Assembly (NCBI GenBank): GCA_965222605.1
Contig: OZ244960.1
Coordinates: forward strand, 2,880,001 to 2,944,000
Direction: 5' to 3'
DNA from: Candidatus Latescibacterota bacterium
Lineage (GTDB): Bacteria; Latescibacterota; UBA2968
Length of the DNA: 64,000 nt
This document shows, piece after piece, positions 31,833-42,250 of the stretch. Within the stretch, counting starts at the first letter, position 1; the number at the start of each line of letters is the position of its first letter. A model generated the notes under the pieces. The model saw only the letters and a program-made list of their open reading frames with translations. It did not search any database and had not been told where the DNA came from. The translations under genes and the position numbers were made by a program.

Positions 31833-33176
31833 TTAAAACCTCAGAGTAAAAACAGTTTCTTCTTCCGGCCTAGATTGAACGCTGATCGTCCCGCGATGGA
31901 CGCGCATAATCTGGCGTGAAAGCGCGAGGCCAATGCCCGAGCCATCGCGTTTGGTAGTAAAAAAGGGAATGAAAATCCGTTCCTGCACATCTTCTAAAAT
32001 ACCTGGCCCATTGTCTTGCACGCGGATGATAACGCGGCCTCGCCCATCGGGTTGCGCCGACAGATCCACGCGGGCATTGGGACGACCTGCAAGAGCTTGC
32101 ACGGCATTCCGCATCAAATTGATCAACACCTGTTCGATGAGATCGGGATCGGCAGTAAGCTCGAGCGTCCTGGGATCAATTGCCGTATGCAGGGCGATAT
32201 TATTCTTGTCGCATTCCGCCTGCATGAGAAAGACGACGCGGGCAAAGAGTTCGGCGACCTGAAAAATTTGAAAATCGGGACGCGATATGTGCGTGAGTTG
32301 GCGATAAGCTTCGACAAAATGGAGAAGACCTTCGCTGCGCGACTGAATCGTCTGCAGGGCGGTGTGTACATCGGGCAGTGTTTCGGGTTCGAGCGATGAA
32401 GCGCGCTCAGAATCGGGCAAAAGGCCGCGCACTGTGGAAGCGAGAGAAGAGATGGGAGTAATAGAATTCATAATCTCATGAGTCAGTACCCGAATAAGCT
32501 TTTGCCATGCCTCCATTTCTTGTTCTTCAAGTTCCGTCTGGATATTCTGAATAGACGCCAAAATAAAAGACTCACCCCGCATCCGCAGTTCGGTCGCATA
32601 GACGATAATCTGGAGCAGTTCGTCCTCGTCCTGAATCTTAACCAGAGCCTTGTCGCCCGAGCGGAGTTTGAGCAGTGTCTCTGAAAACGCCTTACTAACC
32701 GTCTCCAATTCGCGCACATCGCGCATGTGGGGTTTGCGAAGCAACCGCTGCGCCGCCGTATTCATCAGTTCGATACGGCCTTCGGGCGTATAGCAAATCA
32801 GACCAATGCCCACATGCTGGACAATGGTCTGTAAATACTGAAAATTCTCTTCTTTTTCTGCGCGCGTCTTGCGAAAAGCCTCGAGGACCTCGTTAAACGC
32901 ATCCTTGAGATCATTATAAGCCGATCCCAACCCGGCACCGGTGAAAGATTGGGAAAAATCCTCATAGCGAATCGCCTGCAAAAATCGCGTGAGATCGCGC
33001 TGGGTGCGCTCCACATAGTGTATAAGTGCCCAAGTCTGGTAGAGCACACACGCACCAATAATAGCAAGCGTGGCGTAGTATTCGCTAAAAAAAAGACAAA
33101 AAAAGAAAACACAAGTAGTGACGCACAAAAAGGCCACGCGCAAAACACATATCAGACGAAAGTGTTTATAAGCCAT
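31833..33176 (-). CDS. Sensor histidine kinase (PAS + HATPase)
   Basis: LTHEIMNSITPI H-box, LINLMRNA, DNGPG, PFFTTK, GSGIGL. Confidence 0.92.
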   Translation of the reverse strand: MAYKHFRLICVLRVAFLCVTTCVFFFCLFFSEYYATLAIIGACVLYQTWALIHYVERTQRDLTRFLQAIRYEDFSQSFTGAGLGSAYNDLKDAFNEVLEAFRKTRAEKEENFQYLQTIVQHVGIGLICYTPEGRIELMNTAAQRLLRKPHMRDVRELETVSKAFSETLLKLRSGDKALVKIQDEDELLQIIVYATELRMRGESFILASIQNIQTELEEQEMEAWQKLIRVLTHEIMNSITPISSLASTVRGLLPDSERASSLEPETLPDVHTALQTIQSRSEGLLHFVEAYRQLTHISRPDFQIFQVAELFARVVFLMQAECDKNNIALHTAIDPRTLELTADPDLIEQVLINLMRNAVQALAGRPNARVDLSAQPDGRGRVIIRVQDNGPGILEDVQERIFIPFFTTKRDGSGIGLALSRQIMRVHRGTISVQSRPEEETVFTLRF

Positions 33177-34548
33177 GCTTTTCGAGCCTGCGATAAAGCG
33201 CGCTACGCGTGAGACCGAGTTCACGCGCAGCGTGACTGATATTGCCGCGGTGTTTCTCAATCGCTTTGCGAATAACGATTTTTTCCACGTATTCGAGATT
33301 GTAGTCGTCAAAATGAATCTCGTCACCTGCGGCGGGTTCCGAAACGCTAAGTGGAAAGTCTAACGGTTGAAGGATACCATTTTCATTCATAATCACAGCC
33401 CGTTCAATCGCGTGCTGCAATTCGCGGATATTGCCAGGCCATGTGTAATTCTTGAGGTGTTCAAGTGCTACTGACTGAATGGCAATACCCGGTTTATTGT
33501 ATTTCTGACCGTACGTATCGAGAAACACCTCAACCAGCAGAGGAATATCGTCAAGGCGATCGCGCAGAGCCGGCAGATGGAGTTCAACGGTATTGATGCG
33601 ATACAGAAGATCTTGCCGAAAATCATTGCTAACCACCATATCGTGAATGGGCATGTTGGTCGCGCAGATCAATCGTACATCAATGTCGATAGGTCGGTTG
33701 GTACCCAGGCGAATAACCGTGCGATTTTCAATCGCCGTGAGCAGTTTGGCCTGAAGCGGAAGTGAGAGATTGCCAATTTCATCTAAAAAGAGCGTACCAC
33801 CCGACGCGATTTCAAAACGCCCCGCGCGGTCTTCTCGGGCATCTGTAAAAGCGCCTTTTTTGTGTCCAAAAAGCTCGCTTTCAAAAAGGCTTTCTGAAAC
33901 AGCGCCGAGATCAACGCGGATAAATGCCTCTGACGCACACCGAGATCGACGGTGCAGGGCGCGAGCAACAGCATCTTTGCCGGTTCCATTCTCGCCGAGG
34001 ATGAGCACATTGGCATCTGTAGCACCCACTTTTTGAATGGTATCAAAGACCTCGCACATAGCGCGCGATGTACCCACCATATCGGGAAATTGACCGTCGA
34101 GATCTGCCCGAAGCTGTTCTTGTTCGGCACGCAACTGATCGACTTCGAGCCGCGACCGACGCAACCGCGCAGCAGAAGAAAGGGTCGCGAGCAACTTTTC
34201 ATTTTGCCACGGCTTGAGCACAAAATCCGTCGCGCCTTCTTTGATCGCTTGCACAGCAGTTTCAACACCGCCATAAGCCGTAATGAGAATGACCACAGCC
34301 GAAGAATCAATTTCGAGAATGCGGCTCAACCAGTGAAATCCCTCTTTGCCCGACGTGGCGTCGTGCGCAAAATTCATATCGAGCAAAATCACATCATAAG
34401 TATCATTTTGCAACAGGCTGGGAATGCGATTGGGATCGGCTTCGGTATCAACGCGTTCGGTATATTGCTTGAGAAAGAGTTGCGCGGCCAACAAAACATC
34501 GCGGTCATCGTCAACAATGAGAATTTTGTTGAAAGATTTCGATTCCAT
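33166..34548 (-). CDS. Sigma54-dependent response regulator (NtrC/Fis family)
   Basis: REC domain, GENGTGKD, ESELFGH..GAFTDA, WPGNIREL, Fis HTH. Confidence 0.95.
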   Translation of the reverse strand: MESKSFNKILIVDDDRDVLLAAQLFLKQYTERVDTEADPNRIPSLLQNDTYDVILLDMNFAHDATSGKEGFHWLSRILEIDSSAVVILITAYGGVETAVQAIKEGATDFVLKPWQNEKLLATLSSAARLRRSRLEVDQLRAEQEQLRADLDGQFPDMVGTSRAMCEVFDTIQKVGATDANVLILGENGTGKDAVARALHRRSRCASEAFIRVDLGAVSESLFESELFGHKKGAFTDAREDRAGRFEIASGGTLFLDEIGNLSLPLQAKLLTAIENRTVIRLGTNRPIDIDVRLICATNMPIHDMVVSNDFRQDLLYRINTVELHLPALRDRLDDIPLLVEVFLDTYGQKYNKPGIAIQSVALEHLKNYTWPGNIRELQHAIERAVIMNENGILQPLDFPLSVSEPAAGDEIHFDDYNLEYVEKIVIRKAIEKHRGNISHAARELGLTRSALYRRLEKHGL

Positions 34549-34587
34549 AACAACCTCGGACTTTGCAGCCCTGTACCTACCGCCCTT

Positions 34588-35688
34588 TTATTTTCCGAAT
34601 TTGAGAATCATAATCCACAGAGGTTGTTCGCCCACATCATAGACTTTGAGAGGGATGAGATCACCCGTCTCCGTATCGATGCGATACCCGGCCATTTTGT
34701 CTGATTTTTGACCCGCTGCAAAGAGAAAATTGCCATCGGGATCGAGATTAAATGGCCGTGGGATGGGTTCCGTGAGCGTTTGACCCAGCGATCTGAGAGA
34801 ACCATCGTCCTGCACGGCGTAGCGCGCAATGCTATTGTGCCCGCGATTGGATATATAGAGGAATTTGCCCGAAGGATGAATGTGGATTTGAGCGCAGGTA
34901 TTGCGTTCTGTAAAGCCCTCTGGCAGCGTTGAAAGATTTTGGCGGCGCGCAAGAGTTCCACTGTCGGGATCCAAATCATACACCGTGACACTGGACCCAT
35001 TTTCATTTGCAACATAAACCACATCTAAAGTCGGATGAAACTCATAGTGTCGCGGGCCTTCGCCATGGCGCGCATCGACTTTCACCACCTCATTAGCTGC
35101 CAACTCACCTGTGGTCTCATCAAAGGTAAATTGATAAATGGCATTGGGCGGCATGGTGTGCGGTACAAACAAATATCGATTAGAAGGATCGGAAAAAAAG
35201 CAATGCGCGTGTTCATCCGTGGGAATCCACTGGCGATGCGGAGCGAGCACGGCCCCATCTTTGTCAATAGCATTGATGGCGACTGCGCCCTCGCCGTAAT
35301 ACGCAGAAAAAAGATACCGCCCGGTTTTGTCCGTGCTAATATAACAAGAGCCACCATCAAAAGGCGCAGTGGCAATATGCTCAAGAGCGCCCGTTTCCGG
35401 ATCAATTTTGTAAGTGACGAGTTCTTTAGACTGGCGCAAGGCCGCGTACAGATATTTTTGTCGCGGATCGGTACAAAGCGGACCGATACCGCCTTTGGCG
35501 GGAAGTTCTTCAACAAGCGTGAGGTCGCCGGTATCGGGGTCCATATCATAACGCAAAAGCTTCTTGTCTCCAGAGACAGCGACGTACATGTGATACTTCA
35601 TACTGGGTTCCTTTCTATTGAATTGTTGGGCAAACAAACTGCCCGTTAACATGACATAGAGAAGAAAAAAAATCGTTTTCATGGACAT
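34588..35688 (-). CDS. Lactonase, 6-phosphogluconolactonase (Pgl/YbhE) family beta-propeller
   Basis: HAH, GPRH, SNRGHNSIA, PRPFNLDP. Confidence 0.85.
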   Translation of the reverse strand: MSMKTIFFLLYVMLTGSLFAQQFNRKEPSMKYHMYVAVSGDKKLLRYDMDPDTGDLTLVEELPAKGGIGPLCTDPRQKYLYAALRQSKELVTYKIDPETGALEHIATAPFDGGSCYISTDKTGRYLFSAYYGEGAVAINAIDKDGAVLAPHRQWIPTDEHAHCFFSDPSNRYLFVPHTMPPNAIYQFTFDETTGELAANEVVKVDARHGEGPRHYEFHPTLDVVYVANENGSSVTVYDLDPDSGTLARRQNLSTLPEGFTERNTCAQIHIHPSGKFLYISNRGHNSIARYAVQDDGSLRSLGQTLTEPIPRPFNLDPDGNFLFAAGQKSDKMAGYRIDTETGDLIPLKVYDVGEQPLWIMILKFGK

Positions 35689-35843
35689 ACTCCAAAAAAG
35701 TGGCAGTTATTTTTCACAATATAGCATTGGATCAGGCGAATAGAAAGCAGAAAGGGAGACACCATTTTGCAGGCTTGACTTTGTGACAAGAGAAGCGTTT
35801 ATTGCTCGCTTGGGACCCTCTAACACCTTTTCAGGAGAAAAAT

Positions 35844-37235
35844 ATGAGCAAAAAACCCAATATCTTCTTCTTTTTTACAGATGACCAGCGATTTGACACC
35901 ATTCGCGCGCTGGGCAATAGTGATGTGCAAACGCCGACAATGGATCAGTTGGTAGCAGAAGGCACGACATTTACACACGCACATATTCCCGGCGGGACAT
36001 CGGGCGCGATTTGCATGCCCAGCCGCGCCATGTTGCACACGGGACGCACGCTATTTCACCTCAACGGCGCTGGCCAGGGCATTCCCAATGACCATGTGAT
36101 GCTGGGCGAACATCTGCAAGCCAACGGCTATCGCACATGGGGCACGGGAAAATGGCACAATGGCTCCGCTTCTTTTGCGCGCAGTTTTTCAGACGGCGCA
36201 GAGATCTTTTACGGCGGCATGGACGACCACTGGAATGTCCCCGCATTTAATTACGACCCCACCGGCAAATACGACTCCGTGTTGCCGCAGTGCCCGAATG
36301 CCAACAAATCGAATGTCTTAAAAATTCGAAGAGGCGACCACGTAACCGCGGGCAAACACTCCAGCGAATTATTTGCCGAAGGTGCGATTGATTGGCTGAA
36401 AAAATACGATTTCGATAATCCATTTTTTATGTACATCTCATTTATGGCTCCCCACGACCCGCGCACAATGCCGCAAAAATATCTGGACATGTACGATCCC
36501 GAAGACACTCCGCTTCCCGAAAATTTTATGGGCGGACATCCCTTTGACAATGGCGACCTGAAAGTCCGCGATGAAGTACTCGAAGATTTTCCCCGCGATC
36601 CCTACAAAGTGCGGCAACATATTGCCGAATACTATGCGATGATCACCCATTTAGACGCGCAAATGGGGCGCGTGCTCGACACAATAAGCGCGCGCGGAAT
36701 GGCGGATAACACCATCGTGATTTTTGCCGGGGATAATGGTCTTGCCGTAGGACAGCACGGGCTTTTTGGCAAACAGAACATGTACGAACACAGCGTGCGC
36801 GTACCCTTGATATTTTCCGGACCAGGCGTACCCGCGGGTGAAAAACGATCTGCCTATGTGTATTTGCACGATATTTTCCCAACCCTGTGCGACCTGATCG
36901 GCACCAACACGCCAGACTCCGTGGAGGGAACAAGTCTGGTATCGGCACTCAACAACGGCGATGAACTAGTGCGCGACACCCTGTTCTCTGCGTATCGCGA
37001 GTGGCAGCGCATGGTAAAAGACAACCGGTACAAGCTCATTGAATACGCAGTAAATGGACGTCGCACAACGCAGCTATTCGATCTGGAAAACGACCCATTG
37101 GAACTGCACAATCTCGCAGACGACAAAGCACACGCGGACAAGGTAGCTGACCTGCGAGAAGTACTTTTTAAATGGCGCGACGACTGGGACGATGCGAAAA
37201 GCGAATGGGGAAAAACATTTTGGGAAGCGTTTTAA
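35844..37235 (+). CDS. Sulfatase (formylglycine-dependent)
   Basis: PNIFFFFTDDQ, CMPSRA (CxPSR), GKWH, GDNG..GKQN. Confidence 0.93.
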   Translation: MSKKPNIFFFFTDDQRFDTIRALGNSDVQTPTMDQLVAEGTTFTHAHIPGGTSGAICMPSRAMLHTGRTLFHLNGAGQGIPNDHVMLGEHLQANGYRTWGTGKWHNGSASFARSFSDGAEIFYGGMDDHWNVPAFNYDPTGKYDSVLPQCPNANKSNVLKIRRGDHVTAGKHSSELFAEGAIDWLKKYDFDNPFFMYISFMAPHDPRTMPQKYLDMYDPEDTPLPENFMGGHPFDNGDLKVRDEVLEDFPRDPYKVRQHIAEYYAMITHLDAQMGRVLDTISARGMADNTIVIFAGDNGLAVGQHGLFGKQNMYEHSVRVPLIFSGPGVPAGEKRSAYVYLHDIFPTLCDLIGTNTPDSVEGTSLVSALNNGDELVRDTLFSAYREWQRMVKDNRYKLIEYAVNGRRTTQLFDLENDPLELHNLADDKAHADKVADLREVLFKWRDDWDDAKSEWGKTFWEAF

Positions 37236-37257
37236 AACAAGCGGAAAGGAGACGGCC

Positions 37258-38103
37258 ATGGATGTTTCAAGTCTGGCGCATAGCCTAACAGAAGAAGAGC
37301 GGTTGCGGTTTGATCGCGAGGGGTATCTTATTATCGAAAATGCACTTGAACCCGATCACGTCGCGCGCCTCTGCGCTGTGGTTGATCGCGTAGATGCCGA
37401 AATGCGTCCCAAACAAGGCGTAGATCAGCTCGGGCGTTTGAGCGTCAGAGACTTTATCGGCCTCGACTGGAAATTTGTCGAACTGGTAGATTGGCCCAGG
37501 ACCATTGCAAAAGTGTGGGATATTTTGAGCTGGAATTTGCAAATCTATCACTCGCATCTCAACGTCACCCCCCCGGTGCCAAACGGAAGTGGCGAAAAAA
37601 ATCTGCGCTGGCATCAAGATAGTGCCCTGCTCAATCGGGAATTGGAAACAGATCCCAGACCCCGCATTTCAATCAAAGTGGCATACTTTTTAACGGATTG
37701 CAGTGAAGATGGTCGGGGCAACTTTTACATTATTCCGGGCAGTCATTTGACCAACGACTACGGCTTTCCCAATGGCGACCGCACATCTGAACCCAAAGAT
37801 GCAATACCCGTGCTGGTCAAGCCGGGAACAGCCGTGTTTTTTGATCGCAGACTCTGGCACTCGGTAAGTGTAAATTACTGGACAGAAGCGCGTCGGGCAT
37901 TGTTTTACGGATATAGCTATCGCTGGTTCCGCCCCCGCGATGATGTAACCATGGATCACTGGTGGGACCGGTTAGATCCCATTCGCAAACAATTATTTGG
38001 CAATGCACCAACCGGCGGGTATGGTTTTACGTCTCCAACAGACGAAGATGTGCCCTTGCGCGGATGGCTATCTGAACACCTGGGCGAAGAAGCCGTGGCA
38101 TAG
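37258..38103 (+). CDS. Phytanoyl-CoA dioxygenase (PhyH) family protein
   Basis: FDREGYL, WHQD, IPGSH, FDRRLWH. Confidence 0.88.
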   Translation: MDVSSLAHSLTEEERLRFDREGYLIIENALEPDHVARLCAVVDRVDAEMRPKQGVDQLGRLSVRDFIGLDWKFVELVDWPRTIAKVWDILSWNLQIYHSHLNVTPPVPNGSGEKNLRWHQDSALLNRELETDPRPRISIKVAYFLTDCSEDGRGNFYIIPGSHLTNDYGFPNGDRTSEPKDAIPVLVKPGTAVFFDRRLWHSVSVNYWTEARRALFYGYSYRWFRPRDDVTMDHWWDRLDPIRKQLFGNAPTGGYGFTSPTDEDVPLRGWLSEHLGEEAVA

Positions 38104-38135
38104 CCCAGATGTGAGACAACAAAGAGGATCGGGTT

Positions 38136-38894
38136 ATGGAATGGGAACCCATTTTTCACGATTTTACATTTGGCGAATCCGAACGCGAAGAAATGGATCG
38201 CGAAGGGCATATCGCTTTCCCGAGTCTGCTGAAAGACGATGCACAGGAAAAGTTGACAGAATCCCTGTCCTATATTGAATCACTCAGACCACAGGCAAAA
38301 GAAGGACATGAACCCAATCGCTTCGCGGCTGAGTTTGACTGGTATCTCGAAAGCTTAATCGGCCATCCCCAAATGCTCAGATTGGCGCGAGATATTCTGG
38401 GCGAGAATATCCGGTATGATCACTGCGTCAGCCTGAACCGCCCCGGGGGCAATCGCGGAACACACTGGCACACACATGGGTATGGAGAAGAAGACCCCAG
38501 CCTGGGATTTGTTCGCATCTTCTTTTATGTCAACGGATTTGAACCCGACGATGGTGGGTTAAAAGTAGTGCCCGGCAGCCATCTGTTCCGCGACCGCATC
38601 GGGCGTGTTGACTCAGACAAGGCATTGCAAGCGCAGTGGATCAGCGGAAAAACCCACCCGATAACGGGTGAACCCCTCCAAATACACGCGCTCTCCGTCC
38701 CGCCTGGAACCGTAATCGCCATGTGGACATTTGCCGCTCACGGGGTAAACCCGCGACAGCCGCACAGCGATACGCGGTGGTGCGTGGTATATGCCTATCG
38801 CAATCCCGGCTTGCCGTCAAATGCGCGATGGATATCTGAAGAATACGAAAAACGGCGCGTCCCCGGCGCCGAGGGACTATTGAGTCTTTATTGA
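38136..38894 (+). CDS. PhyH family dioxygenase (divergent, WHTH in place of WHxD)
   Basis: DREGH, WHTH, GGLKVVPGSH, AHGV..R. Confidence 0.8.
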   Translation: MEWEPIFHDFTFGESEREEMDREGHIAFPSLLKDDAQEKLTESLSYIESLRPQAKEGHEPNRFAAEFDWYLESLIGHPQMLRLARDILGENIRYDHCVSLNRPGGNRGTHWHTHGYGEEDPSLGFVRIFFYVNGFEPDDGGLKVVPGSHLFRDRIGRVDSDKALQAQWISGKTHPITGEPLQIHALSVPPGTVIAMWTFAAHGVNPRQPHSDTRWCVVYAYRNPGLPSNARWISEEYEKRRVPGAEGLLSLY

Positions 38895-38911
38895 GCAGAA
38901 AGGAGAAAAGC

Positions 38912-39577
38912 ATGAATATCTTATTCTTGCGGCACTCAGCGGGTTTTGAACACAGCTATTTGCCCGATGCAGAAGTGGCATTAAAAGCAATTGGGAAAGA
39001 AAATGGATGGCGGGTTTTAACCACGCATCGGTTGGACCGCATCTCGGCTGAGAACCTGGAAAAATTTGACATCCTCGCATTTGCGACAACCGGAAACCTG
39101 TCCTTTACCGATGAACAAAAAACCGCGATTCTGGATTTTGTCCGCAACGGCAAATCATTTCTTGGCATACACAACGCAACCGATACGTGCTATGACTGGC
39201 CCGAATACGGCGAAATGCTCGGCGGATGGTTTAACGGCCATCCCTGGCATCAAGAAGTGGGGATTATTGTCGAAGACACCAATCACCCCGCGACAAAAAT
39301 GCTGGGCGACTATTTTCGGGTAACAGATGAAATTTACACATTTAAAAATTACGACCGCAACAAGACGCATGTCTTGATGCGGATCGATAACGAAACCGTG
39401 GATCTAAAAAAAGGCAACCGCGAAGATAACGACTACGCCATGGGCTGGTGCCACGAATACGGCAAAGGCCGCGTCATGTACACCGCTCTGGGACATCCCG
39501 ATGCCCTGTGGCACGAAGACTGGTTCCACGCGCACATCACGGGATGTATCAAATGGGCTGCGAGATTGGAGGATTAG
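38912..39577 (+). CDS. ThuA-like domain protein
   Basis: GFEHS, GIHNATD, FNGHPW, DEIY, GRVMYTALGH. Confidence 0.88.
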   Translation: MNILFLRHSAGFEHSYLPDAEVALKAIGKENGWRVLTTHRLDRISAENLEKFDILAFATTGNLSFTDEQKTAILDFVRNGKSFLGIHNATDTCYDWPEYGEMLGGWFNGHPWHQEVGIIVEDTNHPATKMLGDYFRVTDEIYTFKNYDRNKTHVLMRIDNETVDLKKGNREDNDYAMGWCHEYGKGRVMYTALGHPDALWHEDWFHAHITGCIKWAARLED

Positions 39578-39578
39578 A

Positions 39579-40544
39579 ATGCCAAAATTTGTATTCATGC
39601 CCCCGCAGGACGACCTCAGGCGCTCATTCGCCACCCGCCTATCGGACGAACTCCCCGAATACGACGTCCTATCGCCCGAATACGACGAAGACGCCATAGA
39701 GGCAATACGTGACGCCGACGCCGCATTCGGCTGGATACCACCTGAAGCGCTCGCTGTCGCCGAAAAACTCACCTGGCTACACAATCCAGACGCCGGTCCC
39801 TTCTTCGGATACTACTACAAAGAACTGACCGAACACCCGCTGACCATCACAAACCCGCGCGGTATATACTTCGACCACATATCGCACCACATCCTGATGT
39901 TCCTGCTCGCATTGGCACGCGGGCTACCGTGGTACATGGACGCGCAACGCCGCAGGGAGTGGGACAAGACCGCACGCAAATCCCCGTACATAGACCTCGC
40001 TGGCGCAACAGCGCTCATCAACGGCGTCGGCGGTATCGGACACGAGACAGCGCGCTTGTGCAATGCCCTGAGAATGGACATCATCGGCATCGAACCTCGA
40101 CCCGAGTACGAACTGTCCTATGTCGAATTCCACACCCCGGACGAGATTGACGCACTCCTCCCGCAAGCGGACTTTGTGATCACCACCGTCCCACACACAC
40201 CCGAAACCGAAGGCATGTTCGACGCGCGGCGCTTCGCCCTGATGAAACCCTCGGCGTACTTCATCAACATCGGACGCGGCAAAGTATGCAAAATAGATGA
40301 CCTCGCCAACGCCATCGAATCGGGCACAATAGCTGGCGCCGGTCTCGACGTATTCGAGCAAGAACCACTGCCCTCCGACCACAAGCTATGGGGCCTGCCC
40401 AACGTACTGATGACGCCCCATGTGGCAGTCAGGGACGCCAGCAACATAAACGAGCGACGCTTTGAAATACTCATCGACAACGCGAGACGCTTCCTCGCAG
40501 GCGAAGAACTGACCAATGTCGTGGATAAATCAAAGTGGTATTAA
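39579..40544 (+). CDS. D-2-hydroxyacid dehydrogenase
   Basis: GVGGIG, INIGRG, AGLDVFEQEPLP, TPH. Confidence 0.9.
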   Translation: MPKFVFMPPQDDLRRSFATRLSDELPEYDVLSPEYDEDAIEAIRDADAAFGWIPPEALAVAEKLTWLHNPDAGPFFGYYYKELTEHPLTITNPRGIYFDHISHHILMFLLALARGLPWYMDAQRRREWDKTARKSPYIDLAGATALINGVGGIGHETARLCNALRMDIIGIEPRPEYELSYVEFHTPDEIDALLPQADFVITTVPHTPETEGMFDARRFALMKPSAYFINIGRGKVCKIDDLANAIESGTIAGAGLDVFEQEPLPSDHKLWGLPNVLMTPHVAVRDASNINERRFEILIDNARRFLAGEELTNVVDKSKWY

Positions 40545-40616
40545 TGGGAATTACGGTCAGATGAGAGAGATGAGAGAATAATAAAGAGTAACAAAACACT
40601 TACAATCTCGGGAGTA

Positions 40617-40889
40617 ATGACAATGCAACTAGCCCTGAATGAAGCTGAAACACGCCTTTCCGAACTCGTTATCGCAGCTCAAAACGGCGAGCGGGTCGTT
40701 ATCACCAAGGACGGTGAACCGGCCGTCGAGCTCGTGCGCTGTCGCAAGAAGCGCGGCGGTATCGACTTTGACAAGCTGGAGGCCGCCCGCAGGCAACTCG
40801 GAATCAAGGGGGATAGAGAGCGGTGGCCGGAGGAATTTAACGATCCAGCCTTCAGCCGCCGCGTGCTCGGCCTCGAAGAAAACGAATAG
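40617..40889 (+). CDS. Phd/YefM family antitoxin
   Basis: EAETRLSELV..A..GERVVITKDGEPAVELV. Confidence 0.85.
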   Translation: MTMQLALNEAETRLSELVIAAQNGERVVITKDGEPAVELVRCRKKRGGIDFDKLEAARRQLGIKGDRERWPEEFNDPAFSRRVLGLEENE

Positions 40890-40901
40890 AGGACAAAACC
40901 C

Positions 40902-41004
40902 GTGCGCATTCTTCTCGACACGTCTTACCTCTACGATCTAATGGAGACACACGGCAAGTTCTCGGATAGAGAACATTGAGCACCCACTGGCCATCACAGT
41001 CTGA
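40902..41004 (+). pseudogene. VapC/PIN toxin remnant (internal deletion)
   Basis: GTG start, VRILLDTSYL (PIN N-terminal DT motif), stop after 25 aa; a short out-of-frame EHPLAITV* tail follows. Confidence 0.7.
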
Positions 41005-41011
41005 ACTCAGA

Positions 41012-41908
41012 CTATCCCAATCCCTTTAGATGGGTACGGGCACGGTACAAATACCCATCTATAGCCGTGACATAGAGCGACTGCAAATCTTCATCGCCAA
41101 AAGCGCAATTCGTCGGATTAATGGGAAAAGGATGCGTTTCGAGCACCCGTCCGCTGGGCGCAAAAACATAGATCATCGAGCCGGGACCGCTGTCCGGCCA
41201 ACCTGCGGACGCGACAATATTGAGATCGGCATCCAGCCTCATACCATCTATACCTCGATGAGGACCAAAATTGTGGAGCACCTCATAAGCACCCAGCGAC
41301 CCATCTTCCTCAATCGGATAAGCGCGCAGTTCCCGAGCAGTTTCGGGGAGATAATCGCTTTGCGCCACATACAGGATCTTCATATCGGGCGTAACAATCA
41401 GACCATTGGGCTTTGTCGTATCAAAAGTTACCCGCACCGTCGTGTACGTGCCATCAGCCTGGGGATCCGCGCGATACACCGACTCATGACCGATATCCAT
41501 ACATGATCTGTCATTGCCATATCTCGGATCCGTGAACCAGACGCGGCCTTTTGCATCCACGACGAGATCGTTGGGACTGTTAAAACGATTCCCCTCAAAA
41601 TTGTCGGAAATCACAGTCGTCGAGCCATCGCTTTCATAGCGTGCGATGCGACGCCCTGGACCATCCACGAATCTGTCACCACTCGGATCAAACGTGCCCT
41701 CTGCGCCATAAACCCGGCCCTGCGCATCAGTAGTCAGGCCATTGGCTCTGTTAGTACCCGTGCGCCACTCGTCGCAAACACCCGTCTCGGGATCATAACG
41801 CATCGCGCGATCCCCCGGCATATCTGTAAATAACAGCACATCTCCTATCCACACCGGACCCTCGGTAAACCCAAACGGACCAGCCACCTGTTCAAAATTC
41901 CATTCCAT
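41012..41908 (-). CDS. SMP-30/gluconolactonase/LRE family protein
   Basis: FTEGPVW, NGL, NSPND, FTDP, PNG, IDG, PTNCAFG. Confidence 0.9.
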   Translation of the reverse strand: MEWNFEQVAGPFGFTEGPVWIGDVLLFTDMPGDRAMRYDPETGVCDEWRTGTNRANGLTTDAQGRVYGAEGTFDPSGDRFVDGPGRRIARYESDGSTTVISDNFEGNRFNSPNDLVVDAKGRVWFTDPRYGNDRSCMDIGHESVYRADPQADGTYTTVRVTFDTTKPNGLIVTPDMKILYVAQSDYLPETARELRAYPIEEDGSLGAYEVLHNFGPHRGIDGMRLDADLNIVASAGWPDSGPGSMIYVFAPSGRVLETHPFPINPTNCAFGDEDLQSLYVTAIDGYLYRARTHLKGLG

Positions 41909-42010
41909 AAAACTCTCCTTTGCTTCTCATCATAAAATTGCGCGATTTCGCCCCAAACATACGCGATTGCCAATACGAGACGCAATATTTTTATTTTCTA
42001 TAAAAAATGT

Positions 42011-42073
42011 CGGACCATTCCCCGTGCCCGCCCGTATCTATTTCCCGTAGGGGACGGTCCCCGTGCCGTCCCG
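42011..42073. repeat. GTAG-type REP-like copies at the left edge of the defence island
   Basis: ccccgtgcccgcccgt and gtaggggacggtccccgtgccgtccc. Confidence 0.55.
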
Positions 42074-42201
42074 TGCGATCCAGAAGGTTTTGACCGCTAA
42101 TCACAATCTGAAGGGTGGCGCAATTTCGCCTGATTCCGTACATTAAACCCTTTAAGATGCATGCCTACTGTGCAATATTGATTACCCTGAGTGAGGACCA
42201 C

Positions 42202-42234
42202 CGTCATCGCGGCATGCTTAAAGCCGCGATCCAG
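42202..42234. repeat. CGTC-type REP-like palindrome
   Basis: cgtcatcgcggcatgcttaaagccgcgatccag. Confidence 0.55.
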
Positions 42235-42250
42235 TAATTATAGATAAACA

